Shown here: in pieces, positions 1 through 11,173 of the stretch
Layout of the letters: the number at the start of each line of letters is the position of its first letter
How positions within the stretch are numbered: position 1 is the first letter of the stretch
Origin: a cyanobacterium endosymbiont of Rhopalodia gibba
Lineage (GTDB): Bacteria; Cyanobacteriota; Cyanobacteriia; Cyanobacteriales; Microcystaceae
Assembly: GCA_045159875.1 (NCBI GenBank)
Contig: CP067995.1
Coordinates: forward strand, 992,001 to 1,056,000
Direction: 5' to 3'
DNA: 64,000 nucleotides
Position numbers and translations under genes: made by a program
The notes under the pieces: generated by a model
What the model saw: only the letters and a program-made list of their open reading frames with translations
Databases searched by the model: none
What the model was told of the DNA's origin: nothing

Positions 1-713
1 ATTCAAGATTTATCTCTAACTGAAAAGGCTGTCTATCTCAAGATAAATTCTCTTTAATCTTCAAATAAAACATAGTCAACATAGAAATAAATTTTAAACA
101 AGAATATAATCCCGAAATATTTAAAATAAAAATCATCAAAAAAGTCTTAAGTCGTAATTTTTATAAATGTAGTCAAAAGAAATAGAATAATTGAATAAAA
201 AATAGAAATTATTTTTTTAAAATTTTAACTTCGTGTAGTTCTAAATAAAAAATTATAGCAGTTTGTGAGTGCGGATTTTATTGAATATAGTAGGCTGCAC
301 TCAGTCAGCTAATATGACAAGACTCTAATTTATAAGTAGGTTCTGGTAGAATCGAATACGCATATTTATGCTAGTTTAATTATTAACTTTACTAGTGGCA
401 TAGGAGCCATGTTTAGCCTTGCTTATCTTCTTAAAAGAAGCAATAATTTGAAATTGATATCATATGAGAGAGAGTTTCTGCCGTAATTATCTCGAAGTAC
501 CCTTGTCCTAATTTTAGGTTTCCTTTTACAGGAAAAATTTCTAATTTATAATAGATAGCTACAATTTATGTTGTCGGCAATAGTATTTAAATCCATCTTA
601 GATATCCTAAATTCAAGCAATTAGTTTTTTGTAGTAATAAGCTTATTAATTTTTGAGACAAAATGAAAGTTAAAAATAAGAAACTTATAGTTAATGACTA
701 AATTAAGCGTAAG

Positions 714-1052
714 ATGCCCTTAAAATTCAAACGAAAACAACATCAAGGCTTTACCCTAATTGATTTGACCATTGGAGTGATAATTTCCACCATTATTGTT
801 ATTATTGCCCTCTATAATCTATTAGAAACCCCGGAGAGCCGTCGAATTAGAATACCAGCTGTCAGAAATTTGAGAACTTTCTCCCACGGCAATAAATTGA
901 ATGCTTTGAAATGTGAAGGACAAGACAAAAATGACAATGGGTTAGTTTTATGTAAGGCAAAAGACAGACAAGGAAAACTCGTGATGCTTCAATGTGGTTA
1001 TGATCCAAGACATCAATATTGTACAATCCAGGCAATAGGGAAGGGGGAATAG
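714..1052 (+). CDS. Type IV pilin-like protein (prepilin N-terminal cleavage/methylation motif)
   Basis: Basic leader, then QG|FTLIDL followed by a ~20-residue hydrophobic helix; four Cys in the C-terminal half. Confidence 0.75.
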   Translation: MPLKFKRKQHQGFTLIDLTIGVIISTIIVIIALYNLLETPESRRIRIPAVRNLRTFSHGNKLNALKCEGQDKNDNGLVLCKAKDRQGKLVMLQCGYDPRHQYCTIQAIGKGE

Positions 1053-1075
1053 AAACTTAGCTAAGTTTCTATTCC
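1046..1075. terminator. Perfect 30-bp palindrome between convergent genes, probable bidirectional terminator
   Basis: GGAATAGAAACTTAG|CTAAGTTTCTATTCC, no spacer; contains the TAG stop of the pilin-like ORF. Confidence 0.65.
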
Positions 1076-1091
1076 TCTGGTCCCCAAATTT

Positions 1092-2564
1092 TCAACTTTT
1101 ATGTGATTGAGGAATAGTAATATCAATGGTGGTGATGGTTTTCTCTAAACGAGAAAGAGGAGGTTCAATAGCCTCCCTATTACCAACGACTAAGATAATC
1201 ATCTTTTCAGGAATCAGGTATTTTTGAGCAACCCGTTGAACATCTTTGATAGTAGTAGCCTTGACTCCTTGTTGATAACTGAAAATAAAATCTTTATGGT
1301 AACCATAATATTCATAGGTCATCAGACGGGATAAGACTTGACTGGGGTTCTCAAACTTAAAAACAAAAGAATTGAGAATGGATTCTTTAGCCTTAGAGAG
1401 TTCTTCTTCCGTAATGGGTGTTGTCCTTATCCGTTCAATTTCTTGCATAAAAGAGCTTAAAAAAGGAACTGTGGTTTCAGAACGAGTCTGTCCTCCGCCA
1501 TAAAACATCCCTGAATAGTCATAGGCAGCACTCCAATAGCCATAGACTGAGTAGGCAAGTCCTTGACGTGATCGCAATTCATTAAATAACCTTCCTCCAA
1601 ATCCGTTAACCACACCATTTAAGACACTCAATGTTGGATAATCAGGACTATCAAATTGTCCGCCTAAATGTCCTACTAGGACACTACTTTGAGTCAATTG
1701 AGGTTGATCGACCAAAAAGAGTCCTTGAGTATATTTCTGTCTAGCAGACGGAATCGCAATGTTTGGTTTAGGAGTTAACGATTTCCAATCTCCAAAGGTT
1801 TCACTAATCAAAGTTTTCATAGCTTTGGGATTAAAATCTCCCACAACTCCCAGAATTATTCCATCAGGGCGCACATAGTTTTGATAAAAAGTGATGATAT
1901 CCTCACGGGATATATTATCAATGGTGCTGTATTCCTCCATTCGTGCGTAAGGACTGGTATCACCATAGACTAACTTACGAAATTCTCTACTGGCAATATC
2001 TTTAGGGTTATCATTGCGTCGTGCAATTGCCCCTTTATATTGGGTTTTTACTAATGCTAGTTGTTCTGGAGTAAATGCTGGCTCACGAATCACCTCTTTA
2101 AATAAGTTAAAGACAGTTTCAATGTCTTCAGTCAGAGCATCAAAACTTGCTTTCCCTGATGCAGTACTAATACTGGTTTCTACGTGAGCTGCCCGTCTTT
2201 CAAGAAGTTCGTTTAATTCTTTGGGAGGATGATCTTTGGTTCCTCCCGTTCGCATCAGTATTCCAGTTATTTCTGCTAATCCTACTTTGTCTGATGGTTC
2301 TAGTCGTGAGCCAGTACGAATGATAGCGGTGCCATTTATCAATGGCAACTTATGATCCTCCATCAAATAGACCACCATTCCATTATCAAGTTTATAGCGT
2401 TCGTAGTCAGGAATAGTAATTTCAGGAAGAGGAGGGAATTCTAGTTCAGCATAATGCTTTGGAATTTGGGCAATCGCAGGAACTCGCAGGATCAATACTG
2501 AGAACACGGTCATACAAATTAGGCTAAGCCAGTGAAAATATTTCAATGGTTTTTTCTGGGTCAT
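1092..2564 (-). CDS. M16B (pitrilysin/insulinase) family peptidase, non-catalytic-type subunit with signal peptide
   Basis: LDNGMVVYLMEDH, GLAEITGILMRTGG in place of HxxEH, RLFNELRSRQGLAYSV; N-terminal hydrophobic signal. Confidence 0.88.
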   Translation of the reverse strand: MTQKKPLKYFHWLSLICMTVFSVLILRVPAIAQIPKHYAELEFPPLPEITIPDYERYKLDNGMVVYLMEDHKLPLINGTAIIRTGSRLEPSDKVGLAEITGILMRTGGTKDHPPKELNELLERRAAHVETSISTASGKASFDALTEDIETVFNLFKEVIREPAFTPEQLALVKTQYKGAIARRNDNPKDIASREFRKLVYGDTSPYARMEEYSTIDNISREDIITFYQNYVRPDGIILGVVGDFNPKAMKTLISETFGDWKSLTPKPNIAIPSARQKYTQGLFLVDQPQLTQSSVLVGHLGGQFDSPDYPTLSVLNGVVNGFGGRLFNELRSRQGLAYSVYGYWSAAYDYSGMFYGGGQTRSETTVPFLSSFMQEIERIRTTPITEEELSKAKESILNSFVFKFENPSQVLSRLMTYEYYGYHKDFIFSYQQGVKATTIKDVQRVAQKYLIPEKMIILVVGNREAIEPPLSRLEKTITTIDITIPQSHKS

Positions 2565-4471
2565 GGATAAATCAAATGATGTTAATCCTTTTCATTGTGA
2601 TACATTGAGGCATCAACTCGTCGCAGCCGATTTTCCTCCCTTTTTTATGCATGTTCTAGTGACTATGTCAAACATTTTCAGAAAAATTTTTACGTAAGTG
2701 CATTAAATCCTAATTAAATTAGTTACACTTGAGGTTTTTTTTGTAAAATTTTAGTTAAATCTTTATGTATTTTTTAAAAACTCCTTCTCAAAAAATATTC
2801 ACAATTATTTATCTACAATAATTATGAATATCAAAGTAAAAATAGAATTTCACAAAATATAAACTATATTCCTATCTTACTATTAGAGATTCATTTAGTT
2901 GAAGTTGATGCTTACTAACATTCATTTTTTGTAGCTAAAACTTTATTTTCAATAATCAGTGTATTTTTGAGAGTTTCTTTGTTTTCTTTTAAAGCTGCCA
3001 GAATTTTTATTTTTATATCTAAAGCTTCAAACTAAAAAGATATGATGAGGATACCCTTTTTATATAACTTTCCTAAAAAAAATAGTAACAGTATGTTTAG
3101 GCAGGATCTTTTTAATTCATTTAAACTCATCCGTATTTAGAATTCATAAATTAGTGCATACTACTTATTATTCTATTTTGTAGATTAAAGTTCAAGCATT
3201 ATTCTCAGTAACATTGTCGACTAAATAAGTGAGTTTAAATAAATATAAAAAATAACTCCAAAAAAGTAGTTTTTAGATAATTTTTTATCTAAAAGTAGGA
3301 ATTGAATAATTAGAAGAGCAAGCAGGATACAAAGTTAATTCGCTACAAAAATGGTTTTATCTTGGAAGATAATAGGATAAATTCTCTATTCAAGAAAATA
3401 ATAAAAAGTTAAAATTTATATTACATACTATTATTAAGTGCAATCAGAGCGATAACTTCTAAAAAATAATTTAAAAAATATAAATCTTATAGAGTTTTTA
3501 AAAAAAATATAAGAATGAGAAACTTTGATAGATAAGATATAAGTTAGTTTGAATAACTATCGTATTTGTTAGAAATAGATAAAAAAATTAATTAACTTCC
3601 AAAAAAATATAGCTTTAAAAAAGCTATAGATAGAAGGAGAAAAAAGTTAATTTACAAATTAATTTATATGATATATATAGTTTATAGGAGTCTCTAAAAA
3701 TAGATTTTTTTAAAAATAATAAAAACCACTCATATATAGTAGTTACTTATTATATATCAGTGGTTTAGTTGAAGTAAATGTTGAAATAATGGATAGAAAA
3801 AGAATGGCATTAGGTAAAATTCTATGAAACTACTGTAAAAATATTTAATATTTAAAGATAAATATAATTTAAATAAAACAACTAAATAAAGTTTGTATAC
3901 AAGTAGTTGTTCTAGAAAATATTAATTAAAAACTCTCTTTGCCGATACTTTTTATACTTACTTAGATAAGTCTTAAAGATTAAGTATGATGCAGAATTGT
4001 CTATTTCTGAAGACAATTGTAACTAAAACATTATAAATGCACTTTAGTATCATGGTTTATAGATTTAAGACAATTTCTTGTTAACAGCGCAAAGTTTGAA
4101 TGAGAACATCGAGATGTTCATGACTCACCCTCAAGAGAAAACAATGAAGTGACACTTCATAGATATTACCGCTAGAGTCATATAGACCAAGAATAAAACC
4201 GGTAAATCAACTTAACAATTGGCAAGGTATTTTCAGGTTATTTATAGTTTTTTAGTCGTCTTTTTAGACCTTAATTGACAATAAAAAGTATAATGGAATA
4301 TAAGAAGCGCAAGTCATAATTTTCTCTCTTTTATTCGCTATTTTTGAACTACTTTAATATATAAATCTTATTCTAATAATATTTATATTAGTGACAGCAA
4401 CTTGGAATTATTTTCCTTTATACTACTCTTCGACTATTTTTGGTATCCTGTCATCCTATCAGAAAGGATAG

Positions 4472-5095
4472 TCAACTTTTTTGAAAAATAACAGATAAAT
4501 TATTTGCTGGCATATTAACTATTTTCATCAACTTTAATTCTTGCTGTTGAGAAATGTCAATAACATCTTCAAGATTACGAACTCCCCAAGCTTGATTTTG
4601 AAGGGAAAGAGACTCGTCAAACAACTGATTACTAGGAGCAGTGTGTTTGCCTCTTTGTTTGTAGGGTCCATAAAGATAAAGAATACCTCCTGAAAGTAAT
4701 AGATTTCCTGCTCCTTCAATTAACCCTAAACAAGCTTCCCAAGGGCTAATATGAATCATATTAATATTGACAATTGCTATAATTTCGAGATTTTTTAATC
4801 CCTCAGTCCAAGTAGGATTTAGTACATCTATATTCATAGAAGACCGACAATTAGAAGAGGAATAAAACTTTCGCCATGCATCAATACTTTTCTGTCGCAT
4901 AGCATCAGGTTCAGAGGGGATCCATTGATAATTTTTTAGTTTTGAAGAAAAATAAACGGCGTGTTCTCCTGTGCCACTAGCAATTTCTAAAATATTACCT
5001 GCGGGAGGTAAAACACTTACCAGAGTTTCAAAAATAGAATCACGGTTGCGTTGTGTTGCGGGAGCATACTGTCTTAAATCATTTTCAAAAGTCAT
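4472..5095 (-). CDS. DUF938 family SAM-dependent methyltransferase
   Basis: APATQRNR, LEIASGTGEHA, NMIHISPW, LYGPY, SNQLFDESL, MPANN. Confidence 0.9.
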   Translation of the reverse strand: MTFENDLRQYAPATQRNRDSIFETLVSVLPPAGNILEIASGTGEHAVYFSSKLKNYQWIPSEPDAMRQKSIDAWRKFYSSSNCRSSMNIDVLNPTWTEGLKNLEIIAIVNINMIHISPWEACLGLIEGAGNLLLSGGILYLYGPYKQRGKHTAPSNQLFDESLSLQNQAWGVRNLEDVIDISQQQELKLMKIVNMPANNLSVIFQKS

Positions 5096-5198
5096 AATAA
5101 TTCGCTTGAACTTAATAGACGTTTAATATCTGATAATAAAGAATAGCATTAAGATAGCTACAAACAGAACACTGATTAGATAAAAGAAAAAAAATAAA

Positions 5199-5648
5199 AT
5201 GAGTCAGCAAACAACAGCACTGATAATCGGTGGAGTCTTACCAGCATTAATGTTTGGGTTTTCTAATATTTTTATTAAAGTTAGTAACTCTAGTGGAATT
5301 TCAACAAGTGCCTATGTGACCATTGTCGGAGTAGCAGTCACCTTAGTAGGAATCATTAGTGGCTTTATGGCGGAACAGAACTTTATGGTTAACTCTAAAT
5401 CAATTTTTTTTGCCCTATGTGTTGGAGCAACATGGGCATTGGGACAATTAATGATTGCCTTCACTCTTCAAAAATTCCCAATTCCTCTCTCAGTTATATC
5501 TCCTATTTTTAATTCTAATACTTTAGTTACTGTCCTCATTGCTCTGATTGTTTTTAATGAGTGGACTCAAGTATCTATGGAATGGTTATGTGCGGGAGCT
5601 TTTTTAACCACTATTGGGAGTATTTTAGTTGCCCGTTCACTTATTTAG
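5199..5648 (+). CDS. Small EamA/DMT superfamily membrane transporter (single domain)
   Basis: 149 aa, about 5 hydrophobic segments, SVISPIFNSNTLVTVLIALIVFNE motif. Confidence 0.7.
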   Translation: MSQQTTALIIGGVLPALMFGFSNIFIKVSNSSGISTSAYVTIVGVAVTLVGIISGFMAEQNFMVNSKSIFFALCVGATWALGQLMIAFTLQKFPIPLSVISPIFNSNTLVTVLIALIVFNEWTQVSMEWLCAGAFLTTIGSILVARSLI

Positions 5649-7058
5649 TATAATTTACAAAAAGAGAGTCCAGGATATCAGTTATGTTAATATTATTGTC
5701 AATAACTAATTTGGATTAGTGGATAGTTATTTATATAGATGAAAGTTTTCATACAAGTTATTACTTTAGTAAGCAAATACTGACTTTATTTGTGTAGAAT
5801 AAAATTTGAATTTTTTATTAGTACATTAATTAAGTACTAATAAATTTTGCTTTGTTTTGAATTTATGAATTAGTTATTTATTATACTAAGTATATAAAAT
5901 TTATATGTTTTGAGTGAGAATTATTATGAATTTATCTTTTATTTAATCGGTATATTGAGAGGTAAAGTTTTATCTGTTAAGTTTAATCACATTTGCTACT
6001 CTGTGCTTAAATCTAATTTTGAATCAATGTTCTCCATCTATAATTTTTAATGTAAATTAAAGATAATTATTTCCGCTTATTTTGTCTTTATCTTATTTTT
6101 TTAGCTATATTTTTAATATCTTTATTTAAAGCCCTCTTAAATAATTTTTTACAGCTTTTTCTACCTAAAAAAAATTTTTAATAGTTCTTCATTATTGGGC
6201 TATTTTTTTGAGGTAGTTGAGCTATAATAGACACGGATTTCTATCACCTCTATTTTTTAATAGAATCAAACTGTTCTTATCTTAAGATAAGATATTAGCA
6301 ATAAATAATGACGAATACTTGTGAATTTAGAATCTTATTCATTGAATTGAGTTGAGTACTTGATGCCATAAATATAAATTAAGTAAAAATTTTGAATTTA
6401 GCATAATTTAATCTAACTATAGACTCTACTGTGAGAGTAGACACATAAATGATACTTTTTGATAAAATTATCATCCATTGGAAATAAAATTTATTTTTTA
6501 TATTTCTAATATATACATGGTTATTTTTATATAACTGTAGTTCCTGTAACTTCTCTCGATTAATTGAATTTCAACATGTTTAATTGCACTATCTAAAGTA
6601 GAAGATAATATTACAATTATTTACTTTACCTCTTGTAATATAGTACTAACAATAAAAATATAAATAGCACTTCTATTCTTAGAAACATAATTTTTGCCGT
6701 AAATACGTTTGACTATACTGACATACTTAATTTTATAAAAAAGGTTTGATGATTATAGAATGGACTCATAATAATAGTCTTAAAAGTTATTAGCTGCCAG
6801 TTTGTTATTCTCAGCCTAGAATGGCAAAAGTCTTTAGATATTTTTACTTGATTAAATTCATGAAATAATTACCTCTCATTGTAAATTTTTAATTTATTTT
6901 TTCTGGAATAGGCGAGAAAACAAATATTTAAGTTCTATGTTCTATCAAATGACGGAGATTAACCGCAATGCGCACTAAATTAGGTTAAAATCAATAATAT
7001 CTTATATCTCTCTCTAGTCCCCAAACGTTAGTAGAAATCAAATCGATAAAAACGAACA

Positions 7059-8033
7059 ATGGCAAAAACTGAACGCCGAACCTTTCTTTTAGACTTTGAA
7101 AAACCCTTATCAGAATTAGAAGCCCGTATTAGCCAAATTGGTGAGCTTGCCGAAGAGAATAATGTTGATGTATCTGAACAAATTGCTCAACTTGAACGAC
7201 GGGCTAATCAGCTATGCAAAGAAATTTTTAGTACCCTTACCCCATCCCAACAGCTACAATTAGCCCGTCATCCCCGTCGTCCTAGTACCCTTGACTACGT
7301 TCAAGCAATTACTGATGAATGGTTTGAATTACATGGTGATCGTGGCGGGTGTGATGATCCTGCTTTAGTAGGAGGAGTAGCGCGCTTAGGAGGTCGTCCT
7401 GTCACTATTTTAGGAGAACAAAAAGGACGAGACACTAAGGATAATGTCGCCCGTAACTTCGGAATGGCTTCTCCTGGAGGCTATCGTAAAGCCATGCGTT
7501 TGATGGAACGTGCCAATCGATTTAATCAGCCAATCTTAACTTTTATTGATACTCCTGGGGCTTGGGCGGGGGTAGAGGCTGAAAAATTAGGACAAGGAGA
7601 AGCAATCGCCTATAATTTAAGGGAAATGTTTTGCTTGGATGTCCCGATTATTTCTACTGTTATTGGAGAAGGGGGCTCAGGTGGGGCATTAGGTATTGGG
7701 GTAGGTGATCGCTTATTAATGCTTGAACATGCTGTCTATATGGTAGCTACGCCAGAAGCTTGTGCCGCCATTCTTTGGAAAGATGCCAAAAAATCTCCCC
7801 AGGCGGCCACAGCCTTAAAAATTACGGCCTCAAATCTTAAAGAATTAGGTATTGTAGATCGCATTGTTCCTGAACCTTCTGGGGCAGCTCACACGAAACC
7901 GCTAGAAGCATCAGCTATACTGAAACAAATCCTTTTAGATACCCTCGATGAACTCTCTTCTGTGACAGCTAAAGAGCGACGAAAATTACGTTATCAAAAA
8001 TATCGACAGATTGGCAAATTTTTTGAGAATTGA
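7059..8033 (+). CDS. accA: Acetyl-CoA carboxylase carboxyltransferase alpha subunit
   Basis: [38 protein letters not shown]. Confidence 0.98.
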   Translation: MAKTERRTFLLDFEKPLSELEARISQIGELAEENNVDVSEQIAQLERRANQLCKEIFSTLTPSQQLQLARHPRRPSTLDYVQAITDEWFELHGDRGGCDDPALVGGVARLGGRPVTILGEQKGRDTKDNVARNFGMASPGGYRKAMRLMERANRFNQPILTFIDTPGAWAGVEAEKLGQGEAIAYNLREMFCLDVPIISTVIGEGGSGGALGIGVGDRLLMLEHAVYMVATPEACAAILWKDAKKSPQAATALKITASNLKELGIVDRIVPEPSGAAHTKPLEASAILKQILLDTLDELSSVTAKERRKLRYQKYRQIGKFFEN

Positions 8034-8119
8034 GAGGACATTCCCAACAAATTATATTTATTTTTTGAGGAATAGGCAATTATCTATAACCTAAAATTTA
8101 GGAATCCATACTTCTGGGA

Positions 8120-8128
8120 TGTTATAAT
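8120..8128 (+). promoter_or_regulatory. Extended -10 promoter candidate for SDR-folE
   Basis: TGTTATAAT (TGnTATAAT) about 230 nt upstream of the SDR start. Confidence 0.5.
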
Positions 8129-8134
8129 TGCTCA

Positions 8135-8360
8135 GATGACGATTCGTAAAAATATCTAAAGCAGGGCGAGCTCGGCTCGTTTTTGCCTGGATGCCACTGC
8201 CCCTTATCCAGGGTCTCATCTCCTAGACAACTGAGGATTTCCTAACAAATTAATTTCTATTGTTTTCTGAAACTATCCAAGTTGTTTGGAGGACTAGCTT
8301 AGTATAATTCTAACAACTTTTAGTCAGGAGGCAGTATAGATACTGAAGCAGAAGCGTATC
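8135..8360 (+). promoter_or_regulatory. Structured 5' leader, candidate cis-regulatory RNA
   Basis: Hairpins 8161-8186 (G-U rich), 8186-8212 (CCTGGAT/ATCCAGG), 8279-8319 (AAGTTGTT/AACAACTT). Confidence 0.4.
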
Positions 8361-9089
8361 ATGAATTTTCCTTCAAGTCAACTTCGAGCTATTATTACGG
8401 GAGCCAGCAGTGGTATTGGAGAAGCCACTACCCTGACTTTTGCTAAGGCTGGGATAGATCTCGCCTTAATCAGCCGTCCTTCAGATAAATTAAAAGCAGT
8501 TGCTAAGGCAGCCCAAGAGATAGGGGTCTTAGCTCAAGCCTACGGGGTCGATTTGTGTCAACTAGCTGATATACCAGGAAAAATACAACAAATTGCCGAT
8601 AGTTTTGGAGGGATTGACATTATTGTTAATAATGCGGGAATGGGTTACACCAATCCCCTGGCAGATACTTCTCTATCAGACTGGCAAAAGGTGATGGATC
8701 TAAACTTAACTAGTGTGTTTCAATGTGTTCGGGGAATTTTACCCCAGATGCGTAAGCAGGGTCATGGAACGATTATTAATGTATCTTCGATCGCTGCTTT
8801 TAATACATTCCCTAAATGGGGAGCTTATAGCGTCAGTAAAGCTGGCTTAGCCGCTTTTTCTAGAATTTTAGCAGCTGAAGAACAGGTTAATGGTATTCGT
8901 ATCATCACCATCAACCCTGGAGCAGTTAATACCCCCATCTGGGATACAGAAACTGTTCAAGCCGATTTGAATCGTTCTGCTATGCTCGACCCCTATACCG
9001 TCGCTCAAACTATTCTTCAGGCGGCACTCTTGCCAGCAGAAGCTGTCATTGAAGAAATGACTATTTTACCTAGTGCTAGAACTCTGTAA
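8361..9089 (+). CDS. Short-chain dehydrogenase/reductase (SDR)
   Basis: TGASSGIG, NNAG, YSVSK (YxxxK), NPGAVNT. Confidence 0.95.
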   Translation: MNFPSSQLRAIITGASSGIGEATTLTFAKAGIDLALISRPSDKLKAVAKAAQEIGVLAQAYGVDLCQLADIPGKIQQIADSFGGIDIIVNNAGMGYTNPLADTSLSDWQKVMDLNLTSVFQCVRGILPQMRKQGHGTIINVSSIAAFNTFPKWGAYSVSKAGLAAFSRILAAEEQVNGIRIITINPGAVNTPIWDTETVQADLNRSAMLDPYTVAQTILQAALLPAEAVIEEMTILPSARTL

Positions 9090-9116
9090 GCCCAGATAAG
9101 TGTTTTTACTTTAATC

Positions 9117-9836
9117 ATGACAATAGCGTCTTCTAAAGGATTTAATCCCCTTGATTCTAACGGCTTCAACGATCTCAGCCCCAGTCTGGTTGAGTGTGTT
9201 TCCAGCCGACCTGACCGTAATGTTCACAATGGAGAACAAGTACATTTCCGTTCAGCCGAGGAAACCAATAAAGAAAAAATAATGGAGGCTGTCCGAACTA
9301 TGTTAGAGGCGCTAGGGGAAGATCCTGCTCGAGAGGGATTATTGAAAACTCCTAAACGAGTTGCAGAAGCCATGGCGTTTCTAACTGATGGGTATAATCA
9401 ATCTCTAGAAACCTTAGTCAATGATGCCATTTTTAACGAGGGGCACAGTGAGATGGTTTTAGTGCGAGACATCCATTTTTCTAGTCTCTGTGAACATCAT
9501 ATGCTCCCGTTTGTGGGCAAAGCCCACGTTGCATATATTCCTAATCAAAAAGTAGTCGGACTCAGTAAACTGGCGCGGATTGTAGAAATGTATTCCCGTC
9601 GTTTACAGGTACAAGAACGCTTAACTCGTCAAATTGCGGAAGCAATCCAAGAAATTTTAGATCCTCAAGGAGTAGCAGTTTTAATGGAAGCAACTCATAT
9701 GTGTATGGTGATGCGAGGGGTGCAAAAACCCGGTTCTTGGACTGTTACCAGTACGATGTTAGGAGTCTTCCAAGAAGAGCAAAAAACCCGCGAAGAGTTC
9801 CTAAATTTAATTCGTCATCAACCTAGCTTTTTTTAG
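9117..9836 (+). CDS. folE: GTP cyclohydrolase I
   Basis: [44 protein letters not shown]. Confidence 0.98.
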   Translation: MTIASSKGFNPLDSNGFNDLSPSLVECVSSRPDRNVHNGEQVHFRSAEETNKEKIMEAVRTMLEALGEDPAREGLLKTPKRVAEAMAFLTDGYNQSLETLVNDAIFNEGHSEMVLVRDIHFSSLCEHHMLPFVGKAHVAYIPNQKVVGLSKLARIVEMYSRRLQVQERLTRQIAEAIQEILDPQGVAVLMEATHMCMVMRGVQKPGSWTVTSTMLGVFQEEQKTREEFLNLIRHQPSFF

Positions 9837-9858
9837 CTTAATCTAACTGTATTAGCCT

Positions 9859-9901
9859 TGACATAAGAACCTCTTAATTTAATTAGGAGGTTCTTATGTC
9901 A
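9859..9901. terminator. Bidirectional terminator-like inverted repeat between convergent genes
   Basis: TGACATAAGAACCTCTTAATT-T-AATTAGGAGGTTCTTATGTCA, 21-bp arms with one G-U. Confidence 0.75.
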
Positions 9902-9938
9902 CTTTCTTAGTTCACCAACAAATCGAAGTTAGAAAATC

Positions 9939-10181
9939 TTATCTATTTTTGTCTTCTGATTTCATCATAAACTCATTTTTTTTGTAAGCTTTAGCAGAAG
10001 CTCTAATCCAAATCGTTGCTGCCAAAGTGAATGGGAAAAACATTACTCCTAAACCAATCACTAGAGGATGCTCTCTAGCAAACGGAACACTTCTTAAAAC
10101 TGCAATAATTCCACCGCAGTAAAGTAAACCTAGAATGGGAAGTCCTAAGACTAATAACGCGAATCGAGTATCTTTATCCAT
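9939..10181 (-). CDS. Small hypothetical membrane protein (2 TM)
   Basis: ATG start, two hydrophobic helices, basic tail, terminator directly downstream. Confidence 0.7.
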   Translation of the reverse strand: MDKDTRFALLVLGLPILGLLYCGGIIAVLRSVPFAREHPLVIGLGVMFFPFTLAATIWIRASAKAYKKNEFMMKSEDKNR

Positions 10182-10280
10182 GCTAACAGCTATCTAACAA
10201 AAAACTAAACGATAAATGAAATAAGTATCATGATGATTTTCAACATTTTATTTGTCTCTCGACAGTCATCTTAGTATAGT

Positions 10281-10850
10281 TCATACTTTATATAAGTGGG
10301 GCAATAAAGCTTCAAATGCTTGACCTCGATGACTCACTTTGCGTTTAATATCTGGCGGCATTTGGGCAAAGGTTTGTTTATATTGAGGAACATAAAAAAT
10401 AGAATCGTAACCAAATCCTCCTGTTCCTCTCGGACTGGTCAGAATTTCTCCACGACAAATGCCTTCACTTTGTAAGGCAATTGAACCATCCTGACGAGCT
10501 ATTGCAATAGCACATACAAATTGCCCCTGACGCTGGTCTGTCTTCCCCAATTCTCTCAACAACCGTTCAATGCGCTCTTCATCTGTTGTACCGTATCGAG
10601 CTGAATATATTCCTGGGGCATTCTTTAGGGCATCAACTGCCAATCCCGAGTCATCAGCAATCGCCCACTCTCCTAAAGCTTTAGCCACTTGGGAGGCTTT
10701 CAAGCAAGCATTTTCAAGAAATGTCGTTCCTGTTTCTTCAATCTCTAAGGTATCTGGCTTTAATTCTAATTCCCAGTCTAACTCAATTAGATAGCTTTGT
10801 ATCTCTTTAAGTTTTCCAGGGTTACTCGTGGCAACAATTAGTTTTTTCAT
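10281..10850 (-). CDS. rdgB: RdgB/HAM1 non-canonical purine NTP pyrophosphatase
   Basis: ATSNPGK, ADDSGL, PGIYSAR, GFGYD, SHRG. Confidence 0.97.
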   Translation of the reverse strand: MKKLIVATSNPGKLKEIQSYLIELDWELELKPDTLEIEETGTTFLENACLKASQVAKALGEWAIADDSGLAVDALKNAPGIYSARYGTTDEERIERLLRELGKTDQRQGQFVCAIAIARQDGSIALQSEGICRGEILTSPRGTGGFGYDSIFYVPQYKQTFAQMPPDIKRKVSHRGQAFEALLPHLYKV

Positions 10851-10924
10851 TGAAAATTAACAGATTATTAATAACTATTTACTTATAACTGTCTACTGAA
10901 CTCTAGGGAACTATTATCAATAGA

Positions 10925-11072
10925 TTTTCTTCTTCCAATGCAGAGGTTCATTGCTCTTGCAAGAACTTCTCTTGTCACCAAGAATTGCTCTATACTTCTG
11001 GTGGTTTATTGAAGTCACAACACTCTCTTTTCCTTGAGGTTGATGTCTTCAACACCACCAGGGGCTTTTTTT
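10925..11072 (+). ncRNA. Candidate small RNA ending in a long hairpin and U-tract
   Basis: CTTCTGGTGG..TTGAAG..CAAC..(CU-rich loop)..GTTG..CTTCAA..CCACCAGGGG followed by C-T7; TATTAT -10-like box at about 10912; 5' end estimated. Confidence 0.45.
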
Positions 11073-11173
11073 AGAGTCCTTGAGAAAAAAGTAAATCTAC
11101 AGAGATTATGGGATGTGATGGCGCGGAGTTACACCTAAAGTCTATTTATTTTCAAGAATTACAGCATAATATC

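Noticed and set aside
254..560. TATAGCAGTT end and faint IS630-like residues on the minus strand
   Set aside because: Too degraded to support without a profile search
10938..11012. 24-aa ORF MQRFIALARTSLVTKNCSILLVVY as a type I toxin or leader peptide
   Set aside because: No RBS, no full transmembrane helix; expected by chance
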